DNA from: Planctomycetota bacterium
GTDB taxonomy: Bacteria > Planctomycetota > Phycisphaerae > SM23-33
Assembly (NCBI GenBank): GCA_016235825.1
Contig: JACRIL010000102.1
Coordinates: forward strand, 751 to 64,750
Length of the DNA: 64,000 nucleotides
Reading direction: 5' to 3'
Shown here in pieces: positions 26,310 to 34,602 of the stretch. Position 1 is the first letter of the stretch. The number at the start of each line of letters is the position of its first letter. The notes beneath the pieces were generated by a model, which had not been told where the DNA came from, made no database searches, and worked only from the letters and a program-made list of their open reading frames with translations. Position numbers and translations under genes: made by a program.

Positions 26310-27668
26310 ATGGCGGCATCGAAGGAAAATCGCGGCGATGCACCTCCGGAAAGGCTCAGGCCCAAACGTATCCTGCTGGAGTGCACATGGACATATCTTC
26401 ACGAGATCAACACCGGCATCGCCAGGGTGGTTCGCGGGATAGTCCGGAACGCACCGCAACTCTGCGAGCAATACGGAATTGCATGCCAGCCCGTGATCAT
26501 CCGGGCGGACGGATTTCAGGCCGTCGGCTCTTTGCCATCTGCCGGGTCCGGCCCGGCCGGCGGCATGGAAAAAAAGATAATCTCCCTGATCTCGCGGGCG
26601 GCCGGGACAGCGCCTGGCTTCAATTATTTTCTGACGCGGACTTCCCCGGGCCGCTTCATCCTGAAGCTGGGCGGCGGCATCGTGAAAACGGCTAAGGAGA
26701 TCGTCTTGTCGCTACTGCCTCGCGGCGGGCACGTCGAAGTTTCGCCCGACGATCTTGTCGTCATGCTCGATTCAAGCTGGAAGGCGTGCCCCTGGGATTA
26801 CATCGCCCGGCTCAGAAAAAATGGGGCCGTCGTCGCCGCCGTTCTTTACGACATGCTGCCCGTCCGGTTTCCCGGCTCCTTTTATCCGGACCTTGTGGAT
26901 GTCTACCGGAATTGGCTGTCGCGCGCGTGCGGGCATCACGATTTCTTCATGGCGATATCGGGCGCTACCCGCGACGATTTTCTCCGCTACATGAGCAAAA
27001 ACACGGGTTCGCCGCGGGCGCCCCGCGTGGAGGTCTTTCCGCTGGGCGCGGACTTGCATGGCAGTTTGGCGTCGGGCGCGGTCCGGCCGGTTTTTCAGGA
27101 TGTATTCCGCGGCGGAAGCAGGCCGTTCCTGATAGTCTGCACCCTGGAGCCGCGGAAAAACCACGCGTTTCTGCTGGACGCCTTCGACCTGGCCTGGAAG
27201 GAGGGCGTCGACGCCCGGCTGGTGATCGTCGGGAAGATCGGCTGGATGTGCGAGCCGCTCGTCGAGCGAATAAGAAAACATCCGCAATTCGGCCGGAACC
27301 TTTTCATGTTCAACGACGCCGGCGACGCCGAGGTCGCCTTCGCTTACGAAAATGCCCGGGCAATGGTCTTCCCTTCGGTAGCCGAGGGGTTCGGCCTGCC
27401 GATCATCGAATCGCTCAGCCGCGGGCTGCCCGTTCTGGCCAGCGACATCCCGGTTCATCGGGAGGTCGGCGGGCAGTATTGCACTTATTTTTCCCTCTTC
27501 TCGCCCCGCGAACTTGCGGATTTATTGATCCGATGCCTCAAGCAGGAAAATTTTCTGAAAGCCCCGCCGCCGGGACAGTTCAAATGGACGACCTGGCAGG
27601 AAAGCACGCGGATGTTTCTGGAAAAAATCCTGCGGGTCTGGGCGGAGAAGAAGGCCGGCCAGGCGTAG
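26310..27668 (+). CDS. glycosyltransferase family 4 (GT-B)
   Basis: C-terminal FPSVAEGFGLPIIESLSRGLPVLASD (EX7E-type motif). Confidence 0.8.
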   Translation: MAASKENRGDAPPERLRPKRILLECTWTYLHEINTGIARVVRGIVRNAPQLCEQYGIACQPVIIRADGFQAVGSLPSAGSGPAGGMEKKIISLISRAAGTAPGFNYFLTRTSPGRFILKLGGGIVKTAKEIVLSLLPRGGHVEVSPDDLVVMLDSSWKACPWDYIARLRKNGAVVAAVLYDMLPVRFPGSFYPDLVDVYRNWLSRACGHHDFFMAISGATRDDFLRYMSKNTGSPRAPRVEVFPLGADLHGSLASGAVRPVFQDVFRGGSRPFLIVCTLEPRKNHAFLLDAFDLAWKEGVDARLVIVGKIGWMCEPLVERIRKHPQFGRNLFMFNDAGDAEVAFAYENARAMVFPSVAEGFGLPIIESLSRGLPVLASDIPVHREVGGQYCTYFSLFSPRELADLLIRCLKQENFLKAPPPGQFKWTTWQESTRMFLEKILRVWAEKKAGQA

Positions 27669-27711
27669 CATGGGCGTCTCGCCCATGAGCATCACGGCCG
27701 TCCCGGCCGTG
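27669..27711. repeat. two 19-nt palindromic hairpins immediately after the stop codon
   Basis: CATGGGCG-TCT-CGCCCATG (27669-27687) and CACGGCCG-TCC-CGGCCGTG (27693-27711). The same modules occur at 37285-37372. Confidence 0.85.
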
Positions 27712-27910
27712 GCTTTTGTTGTTTTCCTGACTTTTCAGGGGCAAGACTTGTCCGGCGCAGCATTTGCGAAGCCGAAAGCACAGTGCGGGACATTGGGCGG
27801 TACAGCCTGCTTGCAGGCTGTGTAGCATAGTGCAAACAAATCGAGGCACCCGCGCGTGGCGACAGGTAAATCCCAATTCCCCCTACCTTGCGAATTCCGT
27901 GTCGCCGCGG

Positions 27911-28050
27911 TTGAGGCCCGACGGGCCGGAAGATAGTAGCCCCAGGTGAAGCGGAGGACGGCGGCAACCGTCCGAAGCGCAACCTGGGGACAGATCGTCA
28001 TTAAATAAGTTTCCAAATCTCCGTTTGCGCCACGGCAGAAGCGGCAGAAT
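27911..28050 (+). repeat. family-1 repeat unit
   Basis: ttgaggcccgacgggccggaagatAGTAGCCccaggtgaagcgg...gcgcaacctgggg...cattaaata...cacggcagaag. It aligns with 11774-11908. Confidence 0.8.
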
Positions 28051-28118
28051 TTTTGAATACCACGTCCAATGAGAATGGCCAATTCATTGTTCTGTTGCTG
28101 CAAAGGATAAATGCGGCA

Positions 28119-28258
28119 GGCGGCGCCCTCAAACGAAGCGGCTTGTCCGGCGTAGTCTTGACGAAGCCGGAAGCAGAGTTTGGGGTGCCGGTTAATTTAT
28201 TGACGCCTTCAAAAACTTCACCCCCAAGCTTCACTTCGTTTCGCTTGAGGGTGCCACC
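28119..28258 (-). mobile_element. MITE-like element, copy 2 (reverse orientation, ~20-nt internal deletion relative to copy 1)
   Basis: The reverse complement aligns end to end with 15331-15493. The last ~62 nt are near-identical (ggtggcaccctcaagcgaaacgaagtgaagcttgggggtg.agtttttgaagg). Confidence 0.6.
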
Positions 28259-28291
28259 GGCCAATGCATCGACCAGGATCATTGGCCGGGG

Positions 28292-28446
28292 CATTTGAAA
28301 GTCAAGCCCCGTCTGCCGGCGGCGGGATCGAAAATTTGAAACTTCATCGGATGGAGGTTTTCCCCGGGTTTCGCTTCGTCCGCCTGACGGCGGACTGCGT
28401 TGCACCCGGGGCTACTTTCTGCCGGCTCTTCGAGCCTTCAAACTGG
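28292..28446. repeat. family-1 units (28292-28340 +, 28362-28446 -)
   Basis: The reverse complement of 28362-28446 is ccagtttgaaggctcgaagagccggcagaaAGTAGCCccgggtgcaacgcagtccgccgtcaggcggacgaagcgaaacccgggg. It is nearly identical to the 11.8-kb hairpin. Confidence 0.8.
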
Positions 28447-28668
28447 TCGCACTGGACTTGCAAGGTATTGCTGTCCTTCTGAAAATTCATGCAATGAGAC
28501 AAAACCGGGACCGAAATTGTACGGAGAAACTGCTTCTGCCCGACGAATTCTCCCGCAATCGATCCATTGCCGGTTTCTGCCGGTGGCCGTAAAGCGTTAA
28601 ACAGGAGGTTGCTATTCCGCAGGATCACGTCTCATTCACCGCGTTTTTGGGAGGGGAACCAAAAAAGA

Positions 28669-29616
28669 CTATCCGCCGCAGAGAAATTGGTCGTCCTGTC
28701 GGGTGAAGATTATCCTCTCGCGTGGAACCTTTGAGATGTCAAAGACGGCGGACAGTTCCCCGATGGACGCGTCGCGTCTGCGGTCGATGATTCCGGACCA
28801 GAAGGCCAGCAGGCCGAGGATTCTTTCAGGAGATACGCCGCGCGAGCGGTAGTATTCCAGTCTGGTGTCGCCGTGCCGTTTGGCCAGGCGTTTTCCATCG
28901 GGTCCGACCACCAGAGGCAGATGCCAGTGCGCAGGCTGAGGCGACAGGCCCAGCAGGCGCCGGAGATGAATCTGCCTTGCTGCCGATTCCAACAGGTCGT
29001 CGCCCCGGACAATCGCATCCACGCCGGCCTGCGAGTCGTCGACGACCACGGCGAGCTGGTAGGCGGCCAGGCCGTCAGTCTTGAAGATGACGAAGTCGCC
29101 GCAGGTCTTGGCAAGGTTATAGGTTTTCACGCTCGCGAAACGGTCGGCGACTGCTATCGGCTCATTCGTTACGCGGACCCGCCATGCGACGGGCCTGCCT
29201 GTCGCGGCGGCATCGCTGGCGTCGCGAAATCGGCCGCGGCACGTGCCGGGATACGCCTCGGCGGCGTCATCCTCGTGCGGCGCTCCGCCGGCCTGCCGGA
29301 TGTCCTTTCGGCTGCACACGCACGGGTACGCCCATCCGGATTTTATCAGCGATTCCAGCGCGGAGCGATAAAATTCCGCACGCTGCGATTGATAGACGAC
29401 CGGCGTTTCCCACGTCAGGCCCAGCCAGGCCAATTCGTCCAGCATTTTCCGGTCGCTGCCCTTTTTCACCCGTGGGCCGTCGAGGTCCTCAACCCGCATG
29501 AGCACCCGCCAGCCGTACCGCCGGGCTAAAAGCCAGTTGACGAGAAACGTCCGGGCGTTGCCCAGGTGCAGCGCTCCGGTCGGAGATGGCGCCAGTCTTG
29601 TGATGCTCTCGGGCAT
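28669..29616 (-). CDS. gluQ: glutamyl-Q tRNA(Asp) synthetase
   Basis: RLAPSPTGALHLGNARTFL (HIGH), RVEDLDGPR, LAAYQLAVVVDD and a KRLAKRHG (KMSK-like) motif. The 315-aa truncated-GluRS size is typical of GluQRS. Confidence 0.85.
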   Translation of the reverse strand: MPESITRLAPSPTGALHLGNARTFLVNWLLARRYGWRVLMRVEDLDGPRVKKGSDRKMLDELAWLGLTWETPVVYQSQRAEFYRSALESLIKSGWAYPCVCSRKDIRQAGGAPHEDDAAEAYPGTCRGRFRDASDAAATGRPVAWRVRVTNEPIAVADRFASVKTYNLAKTCGDFVIFKTDGLAAYQLAVVVDDSQAGVDAIVRGDDLLESAARQIHLRRLLGLSPQPAHWHLPLVVGPDGKRLAKRHGDTRLEYYRSRGVSPERILGLLAFWSGIIDRRRDASIGELSAVFDISKVPRERIIFTRQDDQFLCGG

Positions 29617-29634
29617 GATCGTGCGAACCTCGAA

Positions 29635-30552
29635 TCAGTCGGCCTCCGGCGGGGCGGACGAAGCGCCTTTGGGCGAATCGCCTTGGGGCACAGCGGGCGA
29701 GCCGGCCTTAGGCGCGGCAGTCCGCCGGCGGATAAGCCGTATCAACAGGATCAGGGCGACGCCGGCCGCCACGCCGATCGCCAGACCGACGACCAGCCAT
29801 ATCCACGGGTGAGTCTGGTCGGGGCGGCAAAGAACCGGAATCGGATCGGGCGGACTGTCGATCGCGCCGAGCGCCACGAGTTCCTGGGCGATGCCCGGCA
29901 GGTTCGCGTTGAGATAGTCTGCCAGAACCTGGTGCTTATCGGGATCCCATCCATATGACCGCAATTCCGTGTAAGTCTCGTCCGGATTTTTCTTCTCGAC
30001 CAGCAGGCGGTACGCGGCGATTACTCCGCCGGTGCGGTGCGTGCCGGCGCTGCAATGCACGAGCACGGGCCTGCCCGCCCTGACGGCCTTGACGATTTGG
30101 GCGACGGCCCGCGCGTAAGCCCGTCTGCCGTCGCGAACCGGCTGTGTGCTGGCCTTGCCATCATCTCCGGGCTGAATGCCCGGCGTGCCGTTGCCCTTGA
30201 ACGCGAAACGGATCATCTCGATCCCCAATTCCCTGGCTATCTCGTCCTCGGCCGCCTGCTGGGGGTCGTTGGCGTCGAACGCGTTAAGCGAAATAATGAC
30301 CTTGATATTGTGCTGCTGAAGCGCCTGCCTGATAAGCGATGGGTGAATCTGGCCGGCGCGATAGATTTTGCCCGGCTCGACGATGCCCCAGTTTTTCGGG
30401 CAGGTCCGCGGGCCAAGATATCCTTGCCAGAAAAAGAATCCTCCGGCGCACAGGCCGATAAAAACCAGCCCGGCCCAGCACCACCAGGGGATCAGAAATT
30501 TGCCTATTTTCAAATCCAGCTTCGCCATCGCCCCAGTATAGCGGTTTTTCAT
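29635..30552 (-). CDS. membrane-anchored protein tyrosine/dual-specificity phosphatase
   Basis: CX5R P-loop VLVHCSAGTHRTGG. It has TM segments near both termini. The start is uncertain (ATG 30552 or 30528). The longer ORF overlaps the divergent gene. Confidence 0.7.
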   Translation of the reverse strand: MKNRYTGAMAKLDLKIGKFLIPWWCWAGLVFIGLCAGGFFFWQGYLGPRTCPKNWGIVEPGKIYRAGQIHPSLIRQALQQHNIKVIISLNAFDANDPQQAAEDEIARELGIEMIRFAFKGNGTPGIQPGDDGKASTQPVRDGRRAYARAVAQIVKAVRAGRPVLVHCSAGTHRTGGVIAAYRLLVEKKNPDETYTELRSYGWDPDKHQVLADYLNANLPGIAQELVALGAIDSPPDPIPVLCRPDQTHPWIWLVVGLAIGVAAGVALILLIRLIRRRTAAPKAGSPAVPQGDSPKGASSAPPEAD

Positions 30553-30637
30553 GCAATAAAACAATCGGCCCGGGCGTTCGGAAAAACGGAAGCAGGAACC
30601 ATAAAGGTTGCAGAGACCATTTTCAGGAGAAAACATC

Positions 30638-31519
30638 ATGGAAACGGGCACAAAAACAGCGATTATCGGGATTGCGGCGGCCATGGCCATTTCCGCGTTC
30701 GGCGGCCTTGCACTGGCGGATGGCCAGCAAAAAATCAACCAAAATTACCTCGACCTGTACGACAGGGACCGGTTTGACGCCGCCGACGCCGACCACAACG
30801 GCCTTCTGACGGTCGATGAATTGCAGGACGCCCAGAAGGAGTTTGAATTCTATCGTGACAATGACAGGTTCCGCAGCGCCGACGCCAACGGCGACGGCAT
30901 GCTGTCGCTGGACGAATGCAAGGCGCAGCGAAGGCAGGAGATCGAGCATCGCAACAAGCTGGAAAAGCAGATCCTTGAAGACCTCCGGAAAAGGCATCCC
31001 GGCGCCGACTTCACGAATATCGGGTGGCTCAAGGACCATCCGGAAGTGCTGGCGCAACTGATCGGCAACTCCACGTGGCTGGACGAAAACCCTCAGGCCG
31101 CCCGCAAGCTCTGGGAAAACCGCGAATGGCTGGCCGAGCATCCGGACTGCGCAAAGGCCATTTTCGCCAACCGGCGGTGGCTGTATGAGAATCCTGATAT
31201 CGCGGAAAAACTGCTCGAAAACAAAAAGTGGATCTTTAACAATCCGGAAGTCGCGAAGGAAGTTTTCGCCAATCGCCTGTGGCTCAGGGCGCATCCGGAG
31301 TTCGCCAAGGAACTGTACGGCAACCGGGAATGGCTGGCCAAACACTCCGCCGCCGCGCATGTGGTCTATAACAACGCCGATTTCGTGAAGAACCATCCGG
31401 AACTTGCCAAGTTCGCCGTGGAGCAGCGGGCGGCAGGCAAGGTTGCCGCCCAGAAAGCCAACGTGTCCAGACCCGCGGTCCAGAAAGCCGCCGCCGCCGC
31501 GAAAGCCAACGGAAAATAA
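30638..31519 (+). CDS. secreted EF-hand protein with eight 17-residue tandem repeats
   Basis: Signal METGTKTAIIGIAAAMAISAFGGLALA. EF loops DADHNGLLTVDE and DANGDGMLSLDE. Repeats of type WL..(N/H)P..A......N.. run from 31025 to 31432. Confidence 0.7.
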   Translation: METGTKTAIIGIAAAMAISAFGGLALADGQQKINQNYLDLYDRDRFDAADADHNGLLTVDELQDAQKEFEFYRDNDRFRSADANGDGMLSLDECKAQRRQEIEHRNKLEKQILEDLRKRHPGADFTNIGWLKDHPEVLAQLIGNSTWLDENPQAARKLWENREWLAEHPDCAKAIFANRRWLYENPDIAEKLLENKKWIFNNPEVAKEVFANRLWLRAHPEFAKELYGNREWLAKHSAAAHVVYNNADFVKNHPELAKFAVEQRAAGKVAAQKANVSRPAVQKAAAAAKANGK

Positions 31520-31538
31520 TCGGCGGCAGGACGGGGTA

Positions 31539-32039
31539 TCATGGATTCAGGGGCTGGTCGCTCTGGTCTTCCTTGAGCAGGTCGGCGAGGGTCTGCTCGT
31601 CCCGCGAGGCGTCGAGTTTAGCAGCGGCGGGAGATTCGATGGCTTCAATGCCCGAGATGGTGTCGGAAAACTTTCCGCCGACCGGGCCTGATGTGTCATC
31701 CTTGGCGATCGCCAGGCCGACCGACGAGGCCAGTATCGCCCGCGGCATGCCGTTGACCTGGAGGATAAGCGTGAAAGGCCCCAGCGTCAGTTTGTCGCCA
31801 GCCTTCATCCACGCCTCGCGGATCTTCCTGCCGTTCAGAAACGTCCCGTTGGACGAGCCCAGGTCCTTGAGCTTGATCCGGTTGTCCTCCTCCAGTGCGA
31901 TTTCGCAGTGATAGCGCGAGATGCTCTTGCTGAGGACACGCAGGCCGCAGTCGTCGGCCCGGCCGATCACGATGCTCTCCGTGACGGGGAATTCCGCCCG
32001 TTTGCCGTCGGAACTGAAGCGTATCAGTTTGACTTCCAT
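31539..32039 (-). CDS. FHA domain protein
   Basis: IVIGRADDCGLRV...ISRYHCEI...LKDLGSSNGTFLNGRKI, with a disordered acidic tail. Confidence 0.75.
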   Translation of the reverse strand: MEVKLIRFSSDGKRAEFPVTESIVIGRADDCGLRVLSKSISRYHCEIALEEDNRIKLKDLGSSNGTFLNGRKIREAWMKAGDKLTLGPFTLILQVNGMPRAILASSVGLAIAKDDTSGPVGGKFSDTISGIEAIESPAAAKLDASRDEQTLADLLKEDQSDQPLNP

Positions 32040-32211
32040 AAGACCGATGTCCTGGTTGCCTATCCGGATAGGCACTGGTATCTGCCTGTATAATATCATC
32101 TTCGGCCTGTTTGGTTAATAATGAATCCTGAATTCGGGGCGGAATCCATAAATCCTTTTCAGATGGGCAACAGATGTTCCATATCTCGCCGGTTCGGAGC
32201 AACCGATTCGC

Positions 32212-32403
32212 AGGCTCGAAGAGCCGGTAGACAGTAGCCGTAGGCGTAAGCCTACGGTACGGATTGCTCCAGGATAAAGAGCCTCGGAGAGGCGACAGAA
32301 ATTTCTGAAAGTCTGTGCCGCCTCGTCGAGGCTCAAATCATAATGGGCCTGAATTCCGGAGGCTTACGCCTCCGGCTACTCTCTTCCAACCCTTCGGGTT
32401 TGG
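32212..32403. repeat. ~190-bp foldback built from two inverted family-1 units flanking a central imperfect hairpin
   Basis: The 32212-32262 unit is ggctcgaagagccggtagacAGTAGCCgtaggcGTAAgcctacgg. The central hairpin is 32278-32334 (GAGCCTCGGAGAGGCG...CGCCTCGTCGAGGCTC). The reverse complement of 32355-32403 is acccgaagggttggaagagAGTAGCCggaggcGTAAgcctccgg. Confidence 0.75.
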
Positions 32404-32520
32404 ACTTTCGACTTCAATGGTTGAACTTATGCGGCAAAGGGTTATTATGGCCAAAATCATGAATACCAACCTGCTTTGTTACGGCGACAATTTTGACGGG
32501 CAGGGAAAAGGCAAATCGCA

Positions 32521-32844
32521 ATGCAATGCCATTTGGCGGACAAGAAGCCGCTGACGGTGCCGGACCTTCAGGCCCTCCAGATGGTCCGGTCGATATACGA
32601 GTCGAGCCATCACTCGGTCTGGATCAGCCGCTGCGGCCAGTGCGGGCAGCTCTACGCCGTCTGCTTCGACGAGGATGTGGACTGGGAGCAGGGCAACGAC
32701 AAATGCTGGAATTTTTATGTGCCGATAGAGTCTTGTGATATCCCGCCGATCGAGGCTGACACCACTCAAATATCGGCCCTGATGCAGTGCCGGCCGTTCA
32801 TCACCTGGGCGCCGGGCGACAACATTTACTGGACGACGAAATGA
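32521..32844 (+). CDS. hypothetical small Cys-containing protein
   Basis: 107-aa ORF with CGQCGQ and further Cys/Trp residues. No family recognised and the translation signals are weak. Confidence 0.3.
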   Translation: MQCHLADKKPLTVPDLQALQMVRSIYESSHHSVWISRCGQCGQLYAVCFDEDVDWEQGNDKCWNFYVPIESCDIPPIEADTTQISALMQCRPFITWAPGDNIYWTTK

Positions 32845-33055
32845 CAGCCATGAACATCCTTTTGATCACGTTCGACTCGACGAAGACGCGGCCCTGTCGG
32901 CGTTCGGCAACACGTTTTGCCGCGCGCCCAATATTGACCACCTCGCGGGCGATGCGGACGGCCGCATGATGGATGAAAATATGAAGAAATCTTTCCAAGT
33001 CAACAGGGGCGCAGGTCCGATAAAATATCAGAGGCGGACCGACAGGTCCGCCTGA
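32841..33055 (+). pseudogene. frameshifted, truncated N-terminal remnant of a sulfatase / alkaline-phosphatase-superfamily gene
   Basis: Frame 3 reads MTAMNILLITFDST. It continues in frame 2 as EDAALSAFGNTFCRAPNIDHLAGDA, matching the sulfatase N-terminal pattern NILLI..D..R.DaL...G......PNIDrLA. It then diverges and stops at 33053-33055. Confidence 0.45.
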
Positions 33056-33063
33056 CGGAGCCA

Positions 33064-34542
33064 ATGGCAGAACCGGCACAGATTGAGACGATCGAGACGC
33101 CCAACCCTCGCCCGATGACGCGATGGTTCACGGGGGGGTTGCTTTTTATGGCGGTGCTGCTGCCGCTGCTGTTTCTGGTTTCGGTGCGGCCGGAGCACTT
33201 GGGCGGCGTGCTGATGGCCTATCTGAATTGCCTGGTCATCTCGCTCATGTGCGTCTACCTGGTCCGCAAGTGCAGTCTCCAGGCGATTGTGCCGGTCCTG
33301 TTCCTGGGATTTTTCGCCATGTCCTGGCCTCTGCCGATAATCCATCTGGCCATCGCCGAACCCGATTCGGCTTACGAGACGCTCTACAGCACGTATTCGC
33401 ACCAGGGAAACCAGGTCCATTTCCAGTTTGTCCTGCTGATCTTCCTGTTCTTTTTCATGCTGGGCGTGCTGCCGTTCGTGGGGCATCGCAAGACGACGGT
33501 GCCGGGGATCGAGGACCGCGTATCGCCCGAATCGGCCAGGGCGATGGCGTCGCTGGTCTCGATTGTGGCAATCTTCATGATCTCCCTGCACATTTTCACG
33601 CAGGTTTTCCCGATCTCCTCGGCCCTGAATTACCTGGCACAGGGGGCCTTTCTTTACCTTGTCGGGCTGTTCATAACGTCCGGCGCGCTGTTCATGTATA
33701 TGTCGCGCCTGGCCCTGATGATCCTGCTGGGCATCCTTGCCTGTGCGGCTGGCGTGTACATGATAGGCAACGCCCGGTCCTGGGCTTTTTATCCGTTTTT
33801 CGGGCTGGCGATAGGGTTCATGTTCCTCACCGCCGTCAGCCAGAAGATAAAACTGGGGCTGCTGCTGCTTATCATCGCGGTCTTTCCGGTCGTGCTGGTC
33901 ATAACCAACACCACCCGCGAGGTGCTGGGCGACGTCGGCTTCAAGGACCTCGGGATGCGGTGGCAGGCGATGGGCCAGTGGAAGGACGTGCTGGCCCAGG
34001 GTTCGACCGGCGCCAGGTCGTCAACGAGGCTTTTCTGCGAGGCTTCGCATCTGATAGTAACGACCACGCCGGACACGAGGGATTATATCGGTTTCGACCC
34101 GTACCGGTTCATGACGACTCTCGTCAGCCGGCTGTTCATCCCCGGCGTGATATCCAGCCGCGCCGACTATACCAACACGGAGATACTTCCCACGTACGGC
34201 ATAGAAATCACCGAGACCTCGTCGGTGCCGATAGGCATAATCGGATCGTTCTGGGTGCTGGGCGGGATGATCCCGCTGATATTCGGCGCTCTGGCGACGG
34301 GGGCGATAATCGGCCTGTGCGCCAGGGCGATCGGCAATTATGAGAATGTCTCGCCGCTGAAGGCCCTGTTCGTGCTGTCGGTGCTGGCGCCGCAGCTTTT
34401 CGAGGCTCCGCTGTCCGATATCATTTCGCTGGCGAAGTTCCTGCTCTGGCGGATGGTCGCCGCATTGATACTGTATAATGTGTTTTTAGGCGGGCTGATC
34501 GGCGACACCGGCCGGTCCGAACCCGCGGTCCACCCGGCCTAG
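33064..34542 (+). CDS. polytopic membrane protein, putative O-antigen/EPS polymerase (Wzy-like)
   Basis: 492 aa with at least 10 hydrophobic segments and one larger loop. It lies in a locus with a methyltransferase, an AsnB-type amidotransferase and GT4 genes. Assignment is by context only. Confidence 0.5.
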   Translation: MAEPAQIETIETPNPRPMTRWFTGGLLFMAVLLPLLFLVSVRPEHLGGVLMAYLNCLVISLMCVYLVRKCSLQAIVPVLFLGFFAMSWPLPIIHLAIAEPDSAYETLYSTYSHQGNQVHFQFVLLIFLFFFMLGVLPFVGHRKTTVPGIEDRVSPESARAMASLVSIVAIFMISLHIFTQVFPISSALNYLAQGAFLYLVGLFITSGALFMYMSRLALMILLGILACAAGVYMIGNARSWAFYPFFGLAIGFMFLTAVSQKIKLGLLLLIIAVFPVVLVITNTTREVLGDVGFKDLGMRWQAMGQWKDVLAQGSTGARSSTRLFCEASHLIVTTTPDTRDYIGFDPYRFMTTLVSRLFIPGVISSRADYTNTEILPTYGIEITETSSVPIGIIGSFWVLGGMIPLIFGALATGAIIGLCARAIGNYENVSPLKALFVLSVLAPQLFEAPLSDIISLAKFLLWRMVAALILYNVFLGGLIGDTGRSEPAVHPA

Positions 34543-34602
34543 CGGACCGGGAATTCGGCAGAGACGAAAGGATGCGCTGGCGACTCTGGAGAAGATGGCC
34601 GC

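Noticed and set aside
32230-32262. Resemblance of AGUAGCCGUAGGC-GUAA-GCCUACGGU to group II intron domain V (AGC triad, GNRA loop).
   Set aside because: There is no 2-nt bulge and no flanking domain IV/VI or IEP ORF. The other family-1 copies have quite different second hairpins. The resemblance is coincidental.
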